NCBI RefSeq assembly: GCF_001644705.1
Contig: NZ_CP015137.1
Coordinates: 300,001 to 332,000, forward strand
Length of the DNA: 32,000 bases
Source of the DNA: Dickeya solani IPO 2222
GTDB taxonomy: Bacteria; Pseudomonadota; Gammaproteobacteria; Enterobacterales; Enterobacteriaceae
Direction of reading: 5' to 3'
Part shown: in pieces, positions 18,992-27,536 of the stretch
Numbering within the stretch: the first letter of the stretch is position 1
How the letters are laid out: the number at the start of each line of letters is the position of its first letter
The notes under the pieces: generated by a model
Seen by the model: the letters and a program-made list of their open reading frames with translations, nothing else
Database searches by the model: none
What the model was told of the DNA's origin: nothing
Program-made: the position numbers and the translations under genes

Positions 18992-18996
18992 TTTGC

Positions 18997-19023
18997 TAAA
19001 GTAATGCTCAATACTGCCGATAT
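18997..19023 (+). promoter_or_regulatory. Sigma-28 (FliA) class-3 promoter of flgMN
   Basis: TAAAGTAA-N11-GCCGATAT against the consensus TAAAGTTT-N11-GCCGATAA matches 6/8 and 7/8 with exact spacing. It starts 6 nt after the flgA stop and lies about 113 nt upstream of the flgM ATG. Confidence 0.8.
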
Positions 19024-19135
19024 GATGTACATAGTCGCTGATGATACACTGGTTAAATAAATGCCAGTTCTAGATAGTGTTAGCTATCTCGTTGATTATC
19101 ATCACTTATACTTTTCATGACACGAGCACACTACC

Positions 19136-19435
19136 ATGAGCATTGATCGGACCCAGTCAGTCAAACCGGTAAGCCAGGTTCAACCCCGGGATACCGGCGA
19201 CGTAGCAAAATTGAAGCGGAAGGAAGAAACCGAGCAGCAAAGCGGTGTGACCGGTACTCAGGTTAAACTGAGCGATGCACAGTCCAAGCTGATGCAACCG
19301 TCGTCGCAGGACATCGATATGCAGCGCGTAGAAACCCTGAAGCAGGCTATTCGTGACGGCTCATTAAAAATGAACGTCGGTAAAATTGCTGATGCATTAA
19401 TTAAAGATGCTCAGGACTTAATCGCAGGCGACTAA
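19136..19435 (+). CDS. flgM: FlgM, anti-sigma-28 factor
   Basis: 99 aa. MSIDRTQSVKPVSQVQPR...VKLSDAQSKLMQP...VETLKQAIRDGSLKMNVGKIADALI is collinear with E. coli FlgM (97 aa). Confidence 0.95.
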   Translation: MSIDRTQSVKPVSQVQPRDTGDVAKLKRKEETEQQSGVTGTQVKLSDAQSKLMQPSSQDIDMQRVETLKQAIRDGSLKMNVGKIADALIKDAQDLIAGD

Positions 19436-19439
19436 CCCT

Positions 19440-19877
19440 ATGGAAAAACTTGTAAAGCTGCTGGAGCAACTGCTGTTCAACATGCGTGAACTTGATATTG
19501 TGCTGTCTGATGAGCAGTTGTTGCTCTGCGCAGGCCATGTTGATGGGCCAGCTCTGCAAGTGATTACCGATAAAAAGGGTTCTCTGCTATCGACTATCCA
19601 ACATTTGGATAAAATTCGTCTACAGGGCGAATCGGTGTTGCGTGTGAAAGCACCTTACTCTAACCATGCAACCCTGGAACAAACCTGGCAACAAATCACC
19701 GCGTTAAGTGAATCGCTGCGTGACAGAAACCAGCATAACGGCTTACTGCTGGGTTATCATCTCGATCACAATGAAGAAGCGCTGGCGGTGCTGAAGCCTC
19801 GTCACGCACAGTCTCTGTACGGGCCAGACGGTCAATCACGCAGTAATTCGATTTCCGGCCGACGAATCAGTATCTGA
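19440..19877 (+). CDS. flgN: FlgN, export chaperone for FlgK/FlgL
   Basis: 145 aa. The conserved block RDRNQHNGLLLGYHLDHNEEALAVLKP...LYGPDGQ and a C-terminus ending ...ISI resemble E. coli FlgN. It follows flgM. Confidence 0.92.
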   Translation: MEKLVKLLEQLLFNMRELDIVLSDEQLLLCAGHVDGPALQVITDKKGSLLSTIQHLDKIRLQGESVLRVKAPYSNHATLEQTWQQITALSESLRDRNQHNGLLLGYHLDHNEEALAVLKPRHAQSLYGPDGQSRSNSISGRRISI

Positions 19878-19947
19878 TTTGAGGTTGAACAAGTCGGTGT
19901 ATTCGCACACTCTGCTGTAGGAATGTCAGTACGCCTATTTCAATGCA

Positions 19948-20370
19948 CTATTTATAGTTCACCGATATTTCGTTGGATGCAACATCCACCGACGTAACCA
20001 TCCGCCCGCTTCCAGGCACATAGAACAACATCCTGAACTCGCTGTTGGCAGGTACGCCCTGTAATCCGTGAGTTTGCCCGCTGGCGCCCTCCAAATTGAC
20101 ACAACGATTAGCGGCACAAAGCTTGACGGCAAGATCTATCGGAGCCGGGGATTTCAGTTGATATCGCCAGTAGATTACCGTCACGGATTGGGCGGCTGTT
20201 ACGCCCAATCCTGGAGGGGGAAGCAACGCTGGCGAAGAGGCCAGCATCCCCTTGTATTGAAATGATGGCCCGGTCAGGCTTGTATTCCATCCACCTTGTT
20301 GCGCGTGAGCGCTGAATGAAAACACCCCTGTTGCTAAACTAAAAAGACCGGCTATCAACATTTTCTTCAT
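19948..20370 (-). CDS. flhE: FlhE, periplasmic flagellar protein (proposed export-gate plug)
   Basis: 140 aa with a signal peptide (MKKMLIAGLFSLATGVFSFSAHA). Motifs are shared with E. coli FlhE: WRYQL, LCAANRCVNLEGASGQTHG, and a C-terminus ending VNYK (VNYR in E. coli). It is the third gene of the flhBAE operon, and its start shares one nt with the flhA stop. Confidence 0.88.
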   Translation of the reverse strand: MKKMLIAGLFSLATGVFSFSAHAQQGGWNTSLTGPSFQYKGMLASSPALLPPPGLGVTAAQSVTVIYWRYQLKSPAPIDLAVKLCAANRCVNLEGASGQTHGLQGVPANSEFRMLFYVPGSGRMVTSVDVASNEISVNYK

Positions 20371-22457
20371 CAGGAAGATTCACCAATCATCGACGTCATT
20401 CTGATTTGCCGGCTATCGCTGATCTCAAGGTTTGACAATACGGCGATTTGCGGCAGACTGCGGCGAAGAAAGCGTGACAATAATCCGCGTAATGCGTGGT
20501 TAACCAGCAGCACCGGCGGCGCGCCCATCATTTCTTGCCGTTGCAATGCCTGTTTCGCCTGTTCCAGCAATCTGTCGCTCAACCCAGGCTCCAGACCACC
20601 GCCCCCCTGAAGCGCCTGTAGCAGCAGGCGCTCAAGCGCACTGTCAAGACCAATCACCTGAAGTTCCGTATCGCCCGGGAACCACTGCTGCGTGATAGCC
20701 CGCCCCAGCGCAATACGCGCCGAAGTAGTTAGCTCATAGGGATCGGTTTGCACCGGTGCATGCTCGGACAGTGTTTCAATAACCGTGCGCATGTCTCGAA
20801 TTGAAACCTGTTCACTTAACAGATTCTGCAACACCTTGTGCAGCGTTGTTAGAGTTACCACGCCCGGGATAAAGTCTTCGGTCAGCTTTGGCATTTCCTG
20901 AGACACACGGTCCATCAATTGCTGCGCTTCCTGACGGCCGAACAATTCACTGGCATGTAGGCTAAGTAAATGGTTCAGGTGCGTAGCGACGACCGTACTG
21001 GCCTCAACCACAGTGTACCCTTGTGTTTGCGCCTGCTCTTTCAGCGCACTTTCAATCCAGACTGCAGGCAGACCAAAAGCAGGATCTTTAGTTAAATCAC
21101 CCGGCAAAGTGCCTACCGCATTTCCGGGATTAATCGCCATCCAACGTCCCGGATGGGCTTCGCCGCTGCCGATCTCAACCCCTTTCATCAGAATACGATA
21201 GCTGGCAGGCTGCAGATCCAGATTGTCCCGAATGTGCACGACCGGGGGCAAAAAACCCATTTCCTGAGCAAATTTCTTTCTGATACTACGAATACGCCCG
21301 AGCAATTCGCCATTTTGCTGAAAATCAACCATCGGAATCAGGCGGTATCCTACTTCCATACCGAGCGGATCCTCCAGTTGCACATCAGACCAACTGGCCT
21401 CCACCACCTGCGGTGCCGCAGGTACCGCAGCCGCGGCTTCAGTTGCCGCAAATGCCGCTTTGTTTTCCCCTTTCTTAATCCACCAGGCCAACCCTAGCAA
21501 TGTGGCGGTGAAAAGCAGGAAAACAAAGTTAGGCATGCCGGGGACCAAACCGATCAACCCCAACACCCCAGCGCTCAGGATCATGACACGCGGGTTATTG
21601 AACAGCTGGCTCACCATTTGCTGGCCAACGTCCTGATCGGTACTGACTCGAGTCACGATCACACCGGCCGCGGTTGAGATCACCAGAGCAGGTATTTGCG
21701 CCACCAGACCATCACCGATGGTCAGCAGCGTATAGTTCTCAACCGCCTGCCCCAGCACCATATCATGCTGAACCACCCCTACCAGCAACCCACCGATGAT
21801 GTTGATAGCCATGATCATCAGCCCGGCGACGGCGTCACCCCGCACGAACTTACTGGCACCATCCATGGAACCGTAGAAATCCGCCTCCTGGGTCACTTCA
21901 GAACGCCGTTTCTTGGCTTCATCTTCACCGATCAACCCAGCATTCAGGTCGGCATCAATGGCCATTTGCTTACCAGGCATACCATCCAGCGTAAAGCGCG
22001 CGCCAACTTCAGCGATACGGCCAGCACCCTTCGTGATAACCATAAAGTTGATCAGCACCAGGATAATGAACACCACAATACCGATGGCAAAATTGCCGCC
22101 AACCAGAAAGTGACCGAATGCTTCAACCACACGTCCGGCGGCGCCGGCACCGGTATGTCCGTCCATCAAAATGACACGTGTCGATGCCACGTTAAGCGAC
22201 AGACGCAACAACGTGGAAAACAGCAGAATGGTGGGAAAGGCGGCAAAATCGAGTGTGCGCTGGGTAAACATGGCGACCAGCAGCACCATAATGGACAGTG
22301 CGATGTTAAACGTAAACAACAAGTCCAGAATAAACGGCGGCAACGGCAGAACCATCATCGACAAGATGAGCAATATCAGAACAGGTCCTGCCAGGACCTG
22401 CCACTGTGAACCTTTCATATTGCCTGGTAGGCGAAGCAAAGAGGCCAGATTAGCCAT
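20370..22457 (-). CDS. flhA: FlhA, flagellar type III export-gate protein
   Basis: 695 aa. MANLASLLRLPGNMKGSQWQVLAGPVLILLILSMMVLPLPPFILDLLFTFNIALSIMVLLVAMFT... is collinear with E. coli FlhA (692 aa). Confidence 0.98.
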   Translation of the reverse strand: MANLASLLRLPGNMKGSQWQVLAGPVLILLILSMMVLPLPPFILDLLFTFNIALSIMVLLVAMFTQRTLDFAAFPTILLFSTLLRLSLNVASTRVILMDGHTGAGAAGRVVEAFGHFLVGGNFAIGIVVFIILVLINFMVITKGAGRIAEVGARFTLDGMPGKQMAIDADLNAGLIGEDEAKKRRSEVTQEADFYGSMDGASKFVRGDAVAGLMIMAINIIGGLLVGVVQHDMVLGQAVENYTLLTIGDGLVAQIPALVISTAAGVIVTRVSTDQDVGQQMVSQLFNNPRVMILSAGVLGLIGLVPGMPNFVFLLFTATLLGLAWWIKKGENKAAFAATEAAAAVPAAPQVVEASWSDVQLEDPLGMEVGYRLIPMVDFQQNGELLGRIRSIRKKFAQEMGFLPPVVHIRDNLDLQPASYRILMKGVEIGSGEAHPGRWMAINPGNAVGTLPGDLTKDPAFGLPAVWIESALKEQAQTQGYTVVEASTVVATHLNHLLSLHASELFGRQEAQQLMDRVSQEMPKLTEDFIPGVVTLTTLHKVLQNLLSEQVSIRDMRTVIETLSEHAPVQTDPYELTTSARIALGRAITQQWFPGDTELQVIGLDSALERLLLQALQGGGGLEPGLSDRLLEQAKQALQRQEMMGAPPVLLVNHALRGLLSRFLRRSLPQIAVLSNLEISDSRQIRMTSMIGESS

Positions 22458-23601
22458 CGGTTATTTTCTCTTTAGCAAAATCCAGTGCATCCGGCACAGG
22501 TAAGTTTTTAGGTTTACGCGGTATCAAACCGCCTTCACGTTTCCAGCGCTTGAGCTGGTAGACCCAGGAAAGCACTTCAGCAACCGCGGCATATAATCCG
22601 GTAGGAATGTTATGCCCGATCTCAGTATGGCGGTAAAGGGCACGTGCCAGCGGTGGTGCTTCCAGTATCGGGATACGGTGCTCTGATCCCAGTTCGCGAA
22701 TGCGCAGTGCTATCTGATCGGCGCCTTTGGCCAACACCTTGGGCGCATGCATTTTCTTCTCATCATACTTCAGTGCAACGGCATAGTGGGTCGGGTTGGT
22801 AACAATCACATCCGCTTTCGGCACATCCGCCATCATTCGACGCTGGGCAATCGCACGCTGCTGTTGGCGAATGCGGCCTTTGATGTGCGGATCCCCTTCA
22901 TGTTCTTTGTATTCGTCGCGGATTTCCTGCTTGCTCATACGCAGCCGTTTAATATGGCTCCATATCTGCCAAATCACGTCAAAAGCCACCATGGGGAAGA
23001 GCCCCAGGATCACCCAAAAGCAGCACAGGAAGGCAATATTCAGCGCATCTTTTATCGCGATCCCCAATGGCTCTGACACAAGGTGCAGCATGCTATTCCA
23101 GTTATGCCGGAGAAACCAGAAAGTAATGCAGCCGACAATAACGGCTTTGAGGATGGCTTTAAACAATTCGGCCAATACGTGGGTTGAAAACATACGTTTC
23201 AATCCGGATAGCGGATTCATTTTACCAAAATCGAAGCTGATCGCCTTGGTGCTAAAAATCAGTCCTCCCAGCAATACCGGCGCTGCCAGGGCAACCAGTA
23301 CCAGACCGAATAAAATGGGGACGAGCGCCATCACCGCCTGCTCAATCAACGAACCGACATGGGCAATGATTAACCGCTCATCACTGATAAAGTTATGATC
23401 AAATATCAATCCTTTGGCCATCATATCAGTCAGTCTGGCTGCCATTTTGGCGCCGCTTCCCCACAAAATCGCCAGGCCGGCAATCAGCATAAACACCGAC
23501 GTCAATTCTCGCGATCGGGGGATCTGACCTTCTTCTCGGGCTTTTTCCGTTCGTTGGGGGGTGGGAGCTTCTGTTTTCTCCAGATCGCTATCGTCTGCCA
23601 C
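22450..23601 (-). CDS. flhB: FlhB, flagellar export-gate substrate-specificity switch protein
   Basis: 383 aa. It begins MADDSDLEKTEAPTPQRTEKAREEGQIPRSRELTS and carries the NPTH autocleavage motif (VTNPTHYAVAL). The start is GTG, with AGGAG 8 nt upstream. It overlaps flhA by 8 nt. Confidence 0.96.
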   Translation of the reverse strand: MADDSDLEKTEAPTPQRTEKAREEGQIPRSRELTSVFMLIAGLAILWGSGAKMAARLTDMMAKGLIFDHNFISDERLIIAHVGSLIEQAVMALVPILFGLVLVALAAPVLLGGLIFSTKAISFDFGKMNPLSGLKRMFSTHVLAELFKAILKAVIVGCITFWFLRHNWNSMLHLVSEPLGIAIKDALNIAFLCCFWVILGLFPMVAFDVIWQIWSHIKRLRMSKQEIRDEYKEHEGDPHIKGRIRQQQRAIAQRRMMADVPKADVIVTNPTHYAVALKYDEKKMHAPKVLAKGADQIALRIRELGSEHRIPILEAPPLARALYRHTEIGHNIPTGLYAAVAEVLSWVYQLKRWKREGGLIPRKPKNLPVPDALDFAKEKITDG

Positions 23602-23738
23602 TACAGCCGCTCCTGTTAATGCTCGCTGACATAAAGTTATACACCGCTAGCATGACAAAATCTGGCAAATCATGATGGGTAGAAAAAGGGAGAAAATAAG
23701 CGGCTATTTATTTTATTGCATAAGACGGGGCGCAGGAA

Positions 23739-23767
23739 TTTACGATCGGGACTCGCCCGATCGTAAA
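23739..23767 (-). terminator. Perfect 12-bp hairpin downstream of cheZ, possibly the operon terminator or an RNA-stabilising stem-loop; it has no U-tract
   Basis: TTTACGATCGGG (23739-23750) pairs with CCCGATCGTAAA (23756-23767) around a 5-nt loop. It lies 62 nt downstream of the cheZ stop. Neither strand has a T-run after the stem. Confidence 0.45.
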
Positions 23768-23828
23768 CATCCACATACCTTACGCCACGATGCCCACTCA
23801 TACGAATGCAATGGGTGTCGGGGAAAAA

Positions 23829-24473
23829 TCAGAAACCCAGGCTATCCAACAGGTCATCAACCTGATCCTGGTTAGAAACAATGCCTGCAGCGGTTTTATC
23901 AACCTGGGGCCCATTAAGCAGGCCTTCGTTCGCACGACGGGTTTCAGACGGTTTTTCCGGAATGTTTTCCAGCAAGACCATCAGCAGTTGTTTTTCAATT
24001 TCCTGAACAACATCCATCATGCGCTTAATCACTTGCCCGGTTAAATCCTGGAAATCCTGAGCCATCATGATTTCCAGTAACTGAGCATTGGTAAACGCAG
24101 TATGGTCTGGGACGGATTCGAGGTAGCTACGCGTATCGGTAACCAACTCACGCGCCTCCGACAATTCAATCGGATTTTCAAACCACTGATCCCAGCGAAC
24201 TTTCAGGGATTTAGATTCTTCTTCCAGTTGATTCTGACGAGGCTGGGCTGCTTCAACACAACTCAATGCACGCTCAGCCGCCTGGGCGGTCATCTGGACA
24301 ACATAATCAAGACGATCGCGAGCATCAGGAATTGCTTCCGCCGCTTCGGTGATCGCCTGATCTAAACCAAGCTCTTTCAGGCTGTCACGCAGCATACGTG
24401 TCAATTGCCCGATACGAGAAATAATCTCTGTGGCAGACGCATGATCGTTAATGGGCATCGGATGTGGATTCAT
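23829..24473 (-). CDS. cheZ: CheZ, CheY-P phosphatase
   Basis: 214 aa, the same length as E. coli CheZ. The catalytic-region block ([25 protein letters not shown]) is conserved, as is the C-terminal CheY-binding peptide (...[12 protein letters not shown]). Confidence 0.97.
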   Translation of the reverse strand: MNPHPMPINDHASATEIISRIGQLTRMLRDSLKELGLDQAITEAAEAIPDARDRLDYVVQMTAQAAERALSCVEAAQPRQNQLEEESKSLKVRWDQWFENPIELSEARELVTDTRSYLESVPDHTAFTNAQLLEIMMAQDFQDLTGQVIKRMMDVVQEIEKQLLMVLLENIPEKPSETRRANEGLLNGPQVDKTAAGIVSNQDQVDDLLDSLGF

Positions 24474-24482
24474 GGCATCTCC

Positions 24483-24893
<411 letters not shown>

Positions 24894-24906
24894 TCACCCG
24901 GAGCTG

Positions 24907-25959
24907 CTATATACGTAATGCCTGTCCGGCAGAAACTTGTGCCAGCATCCGCTGACTCACCTGGTGCAAATCCACCACCTCATCGACACCACCGAGTGCA
25001 ATAGCCTCTCGAGGCATACCGAATACCACACAGCTGGCTTCATTTTGAGCGATCGTATACGCCCCCGCTTTATGAAGTTCCAGCATTCCCGCGGCCCCAT
25101 CATTTCCCATGCCAGTTAGGATTACTCCTACCGCATTTCGCCCGGCGTACTGTGCAACAGAGTGGAACAGTACGTCAACAGAAGGACGATGACGATTAAC
25201 CGGCGGGCCATCATGCAATTTCACCTGATAGTTCGCACCGCTACGCGCCAGTTCAAGGTGGCGGGCGCCAGGCGCGATATACGCATGTCCCGGCAGAACA
25301 CGCTCACCGTCTTCGGCCTCTTTCACTGTAATCTGACACAGCTTATTCAACCGTTCAGCGAAAGACTTGGTAAATCCCGGCGGCATATGCTGAGTAATCA
25401 GCAACGCCGGGCTGGTCGGCGGCAACGGCTGTAAGACATACCTGATCGCCTCGGTGCCGCCGGTTGACGCGCCAATCGCAATCAGTTTTTCACTACTGAG
25501 CAACGGCATACTGGGAATCAGCACTGTAGGTGCCGGTCCTGAACTGCGCTGAGGCAAACGCGCCTTGGCAGCCATGCGGATTTTTTCCGCAATCAGCTCA
25601 CTGTATGCCAGCATTCCTTCACGGATACCCAATTGAGGCTTGGTAACAAAATCGATCGCCCCAAGCTCAAGCGCCCGCAAAGTAATTTCCGAACCTTTGC
25701 CGGTCAGAGAAGACACCATCACCACTGGCATTGGACGGAGTCGCATCAATTTTTCAAGAAAATCAAGACCATCCATGCGCGGCATTTCAACATCTAGCGT
25801 CAGCACCTGCGGATTGAACTTCTTGATTAAATCGCGAGCCACTAAAGGGTCAGGTGCAGTGGCAACCACCTCCATATCGGGATGACTATTAATGATTTCG
25901 GTCATGATCTGACGCATTAACGCAGAATCATCAACACATAATACTTTTATTTTGCTCAT
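24907..25959 (-). CDS. cheB: CheB, receptor methylesterase/deamidase
   Basis: 350 aa with an N-terminal receiver domain ([19 protein letters not shown]...[10 protein letters not shown]) and a C-terminal esterase domain ([19 protein letters not shown]). Confidence 0.98.
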   Translation of the reverse strand: MSKIKVLCVDDSALMRQIMTEIINSHPDMEVVATAPDPLVARDLIKKFNPQVLTLDVEMPRMDGLDFLEKLMRLRPMPVVMVSSLTGKGSEITLRALELGAIDFVTKPQLGIREGMLAYSELIAEKIRMAAKARLPQRSSGPAPTVLIPSMPLLSSEKLIAIGASTGGTEAIRYVLQPLPPTSPALLITQHMPPGFTKSFAERLNKLCQITVKEAEDGERVLPGHAYIAPGARHLELARSGANYQVKLHDGPPVNRHRPSVDVLFHSVAQYAGRNAVGVILTGMGNDGAAGMLELHKAGAYTIAQNEASCVVFGMPREAIALGGVDEVVDLHQVSQRMLAQVSAGQALRI

Positions 25960-26831
25960 TATCTTTCCTTAGCCAGCCCATAAACAGTCTGCCCGCGCAG
26001 GTAAAATTCCCGACTGATCTGACTGAAATTCTCTGAATGTCCGGCAAACAATAATCCGCCCGGTTTAAGCAGCGGAACAAAACGACGTAAAATGCGCTCT
26101 TGAGTCTCTTTATCAAAATAAATCATTACGTTACGACAAAAAATCGCATCAAAAGGCGCTGGCAGAGACCACTCGGGAGCCAACAGATTCACTTGCTGAA
26201 AATGTATCATGTTCGCCAGATCCGGCCGAACACGGACCAACCCACTGTGCGGCCCGGTTCCCCGTAAAAAGAAACGCTGCATCTGCTGTGGAGAAAGCGA
26301 ACGCAAATCTTCTTGCCGGTAAATGCCAGCAGACGCTTTCTCTAAAACCTGTGTATCAATATCGCTGGCTGTGATTTGACAGTTACTGGCACGGTCGCCA
26401 TAGACTTCGGCAAGAGTCATCGCCAGTGAATAGGGCTCTTCTCCCGTAGACGCAGCGGTACACCAGATGCTGTACCCCCCGGGCCGTTTGCGGGCATGCT
26501 CGGCAAGAATGGGGAAATGGTGCGCCTCACGGAAAAACGCGGTCAGATTGGTCGTTAACGCGTTAACAAATGCCTGCCATTCGGCACTGTTCGGATCCGA
26601 CTCCAGCAACGCAAGGTACTGACCAAAATCGTTGATTCCCAATAAACGCAACCGCCTGACCAGACGGTTGTAGACCATCTCGCGTTTATGGTCGGCCAGC
26701 ACGATGCCAGCACGCTGATAGATAAGCTGGCTGATTCTTCGGAAATGAACATCAGACAGCGGCAACCGTTCAACCATCTGACTCAAAATAGATGTGGAAC
26801 CTGAACGATTTGGCGATGGTGTATTTTTCAT
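25959..26831 (-). CDS. cheR: CheR, receptor glutamate methyltransferase
   Basis: 290 aa with conserved blocks: [14 protein letters not shown], and the SAM-binding region [17 protein letters not shown] through [10 protein letters not shown]. The stop shares one nt with the cheB start (TAATG). Confidence 0.97.
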   Translation of the reverse strand: MKNTPSPNRSGSTSILSQMVERLPLSDVHFRRISQLIYQRAGIVLADHKREMVYNRLVRRLRLLGINDFGQYLALLESDPNSAEWQAFVNALTTNLTAFFREAHHFPILAEHARKRPGGYSIWCTAASTGEEPYSLAMTLAEVYGDRASNCQITASDIDTQVLEKASAGIYRQEDLRSLSPQQMQRFFLRGTGPHSGLVRVRPDLANMIHFQQVNLLAPEWSLPAPFDAIFCRNVMIYFDKETQERILRRFVPLLKPGGLLFAGHSENFSQISREFYLRGQTVYGLAKER

Positions 26832-26886
26832 ATCTGACCGCCCGAAAATGGATAGATGATTTTATTGTTTTCCAATCAGACTTCCC

Positions 26887-26916
26887 ATTATAGCTATTAC
26901 AGGTCTCATGCTTTAA
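26887..26916 (-). promoter_or_regulatory. Candidate sigma-70-type promoter proximal to cheR
   Basis: The minus strand reads TTAAAG-N18-TATAAT. The -10 hexamer is perfect (26892-26887), the -35 (26916-26911) is weak, and the spacer is 18 nt. The -10 lies about 55 nt upstream of the cheR ATG. This is a pattern match only. Confidence 0.3.
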
Positions 26917-27190
26917 TCTCCGGCATCTTCTTATGCGATGAACCGGGTGCCATCCAGAATACCAGCGGGAAGCGTACTTTCATCAGCCCTTCTCCGACGG
27001 ATTAATGGCGGTAATCATGCGATGGTTTACATTGATGCCTTTTCGGCATTGTTCACCGTGAAGATTGCTCATCGAAAAATAATGCAACCCTTATCGTCAC
27101 CATACGCACCTGAGTACTGTCGGCCGCATCACTAGCAACCACGCTCAGAATGCCGTTAAAATGCGCCTATACACTTGGCACTACTTATAT

Positions 27191-27217
27191 CAATCGGCCG
27201 TATTAAACCTTTCTTTA
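27191..27217 (-). promoter_or_regulatory. Candidate sigma-28 (FliA) promoter inside the MCP-cheR spacer
   Basis: The minus strand reads TAAAGAAA-N11-GCCGATTG against TAAAGTTT-N11-GCCGATAA, matching 5/8 and 6/8 with exact spacing. If used for cheR, it implies a leader of roughly 350 nt. Confidence 0.5.
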
Positions 27218-27269
27218 ACTAAAGAAGCGTCATAACGGTAACAAAAATTAAAACTGCAACCTTTGTCTC

Positions 27270-27298
27270 AAAACCGCAGCCGTATCAATACCGACTGC
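27270..27298 (-). terminator. Candidate intrinsic terminator (minus strand) about 240 nt downstream of the MCP gene
   Basis: The minus-strand RNA folds as GCAGUCG-(9-nt loop)-CGGCUGC, a 7-bp stem with one G-U pair, followed by GGUUUUGAG. Confidence 0.4.
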
Positions 27299-27498
27299 AT
27301 AGCATTAAGGCACAGAATCCCTTAAAAATATCTTAAGTAAACATCATCCAATATAGCGTCTCCCTGCCATTTTTTTGTTCCGTGATGCAGCTTTCATTAG
27401 CAAGAAAAAAGAAAGCTGTAAAAATAATCAGATGAAAACCTATACTCAGCATTGTTATTGTTGCTCAGGATAAATTTTCATTATTGCTTGCCTATTCA

Positions 27499-27528
27499 TC
27501 GGATGGGCCGATAACCTGGCCCATCCGA
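27499..27528 (-). terminator. GC-rich hairpin immediately after the MCP stop codon (terminator-like, poor U-tract)
   Basis: An 11-bp perfect stem, TCGGATGGGCC (27499-27509) with GGCCCATCCGA (27518-27528), encloses an 8-nt loop. It begins 9 nt after the stop codon. The downstream minus-strand sequence (TGAATAGG) is not T-rich. Confidence 0.5.
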
Positions 27529-27536
27529 CTCAGCGA

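Noticed and set aside
23686-23712. AAAATAAGCGGCTATTTAT quasi-palindrome upstream of flhB, considered as a possible FlhD4C2 site
   Set aside because: It contains AAATA..CG-like and CGGCTATTT-like pieces, but they abut each other instead of being separated by 10-12 nt, and the outer AAYGS arms are absent. I cannot distinguish it from AT-rich promoter DNA by eye.
23672-23875. 67-aa plus-strand ORF in the cheZ-flhB intergenic region
   Set aside because: It runs through the palindromic hairpin and into the antisense of the cheZ 3' end. It has no ribosome-binding site and an arbitrary basic composition, and the region is better explained as terminator plus flhB promoter.
26906-26983. 25-aa minus-strand ORF (MKVRFPLVFWMAPGSSHKKMPEIKA) preceded by GGAGAAGGG
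   Set aside because: It is not called as a feature. A single short ORF with a plausible ribosome-binding site is expected by chance in 705 bp. It needs conservation or Ribo-seq support, so I mention it only within the spacer finding.
26938-27135. 65-aa plus-strand ORF inside the MCP-cheR spacer
   Set aside because: It lies opposite to all flanking transcription. It has no Shine-Dalgarno sequence, no hydrophobic or domain pattern, and a composition like random AT-rich sequence.
27507-27514. Perfect GCCGATAA (sigma-28 -10 element) on the plus strand
   Set aside because: It lies inside the stem and loop of the MCP terminator hairpin. It has no TAAA element 15 nt upstream (TTGC is found instead), and it points into the 3' end of the MCP gene, so it is probably coincidental.
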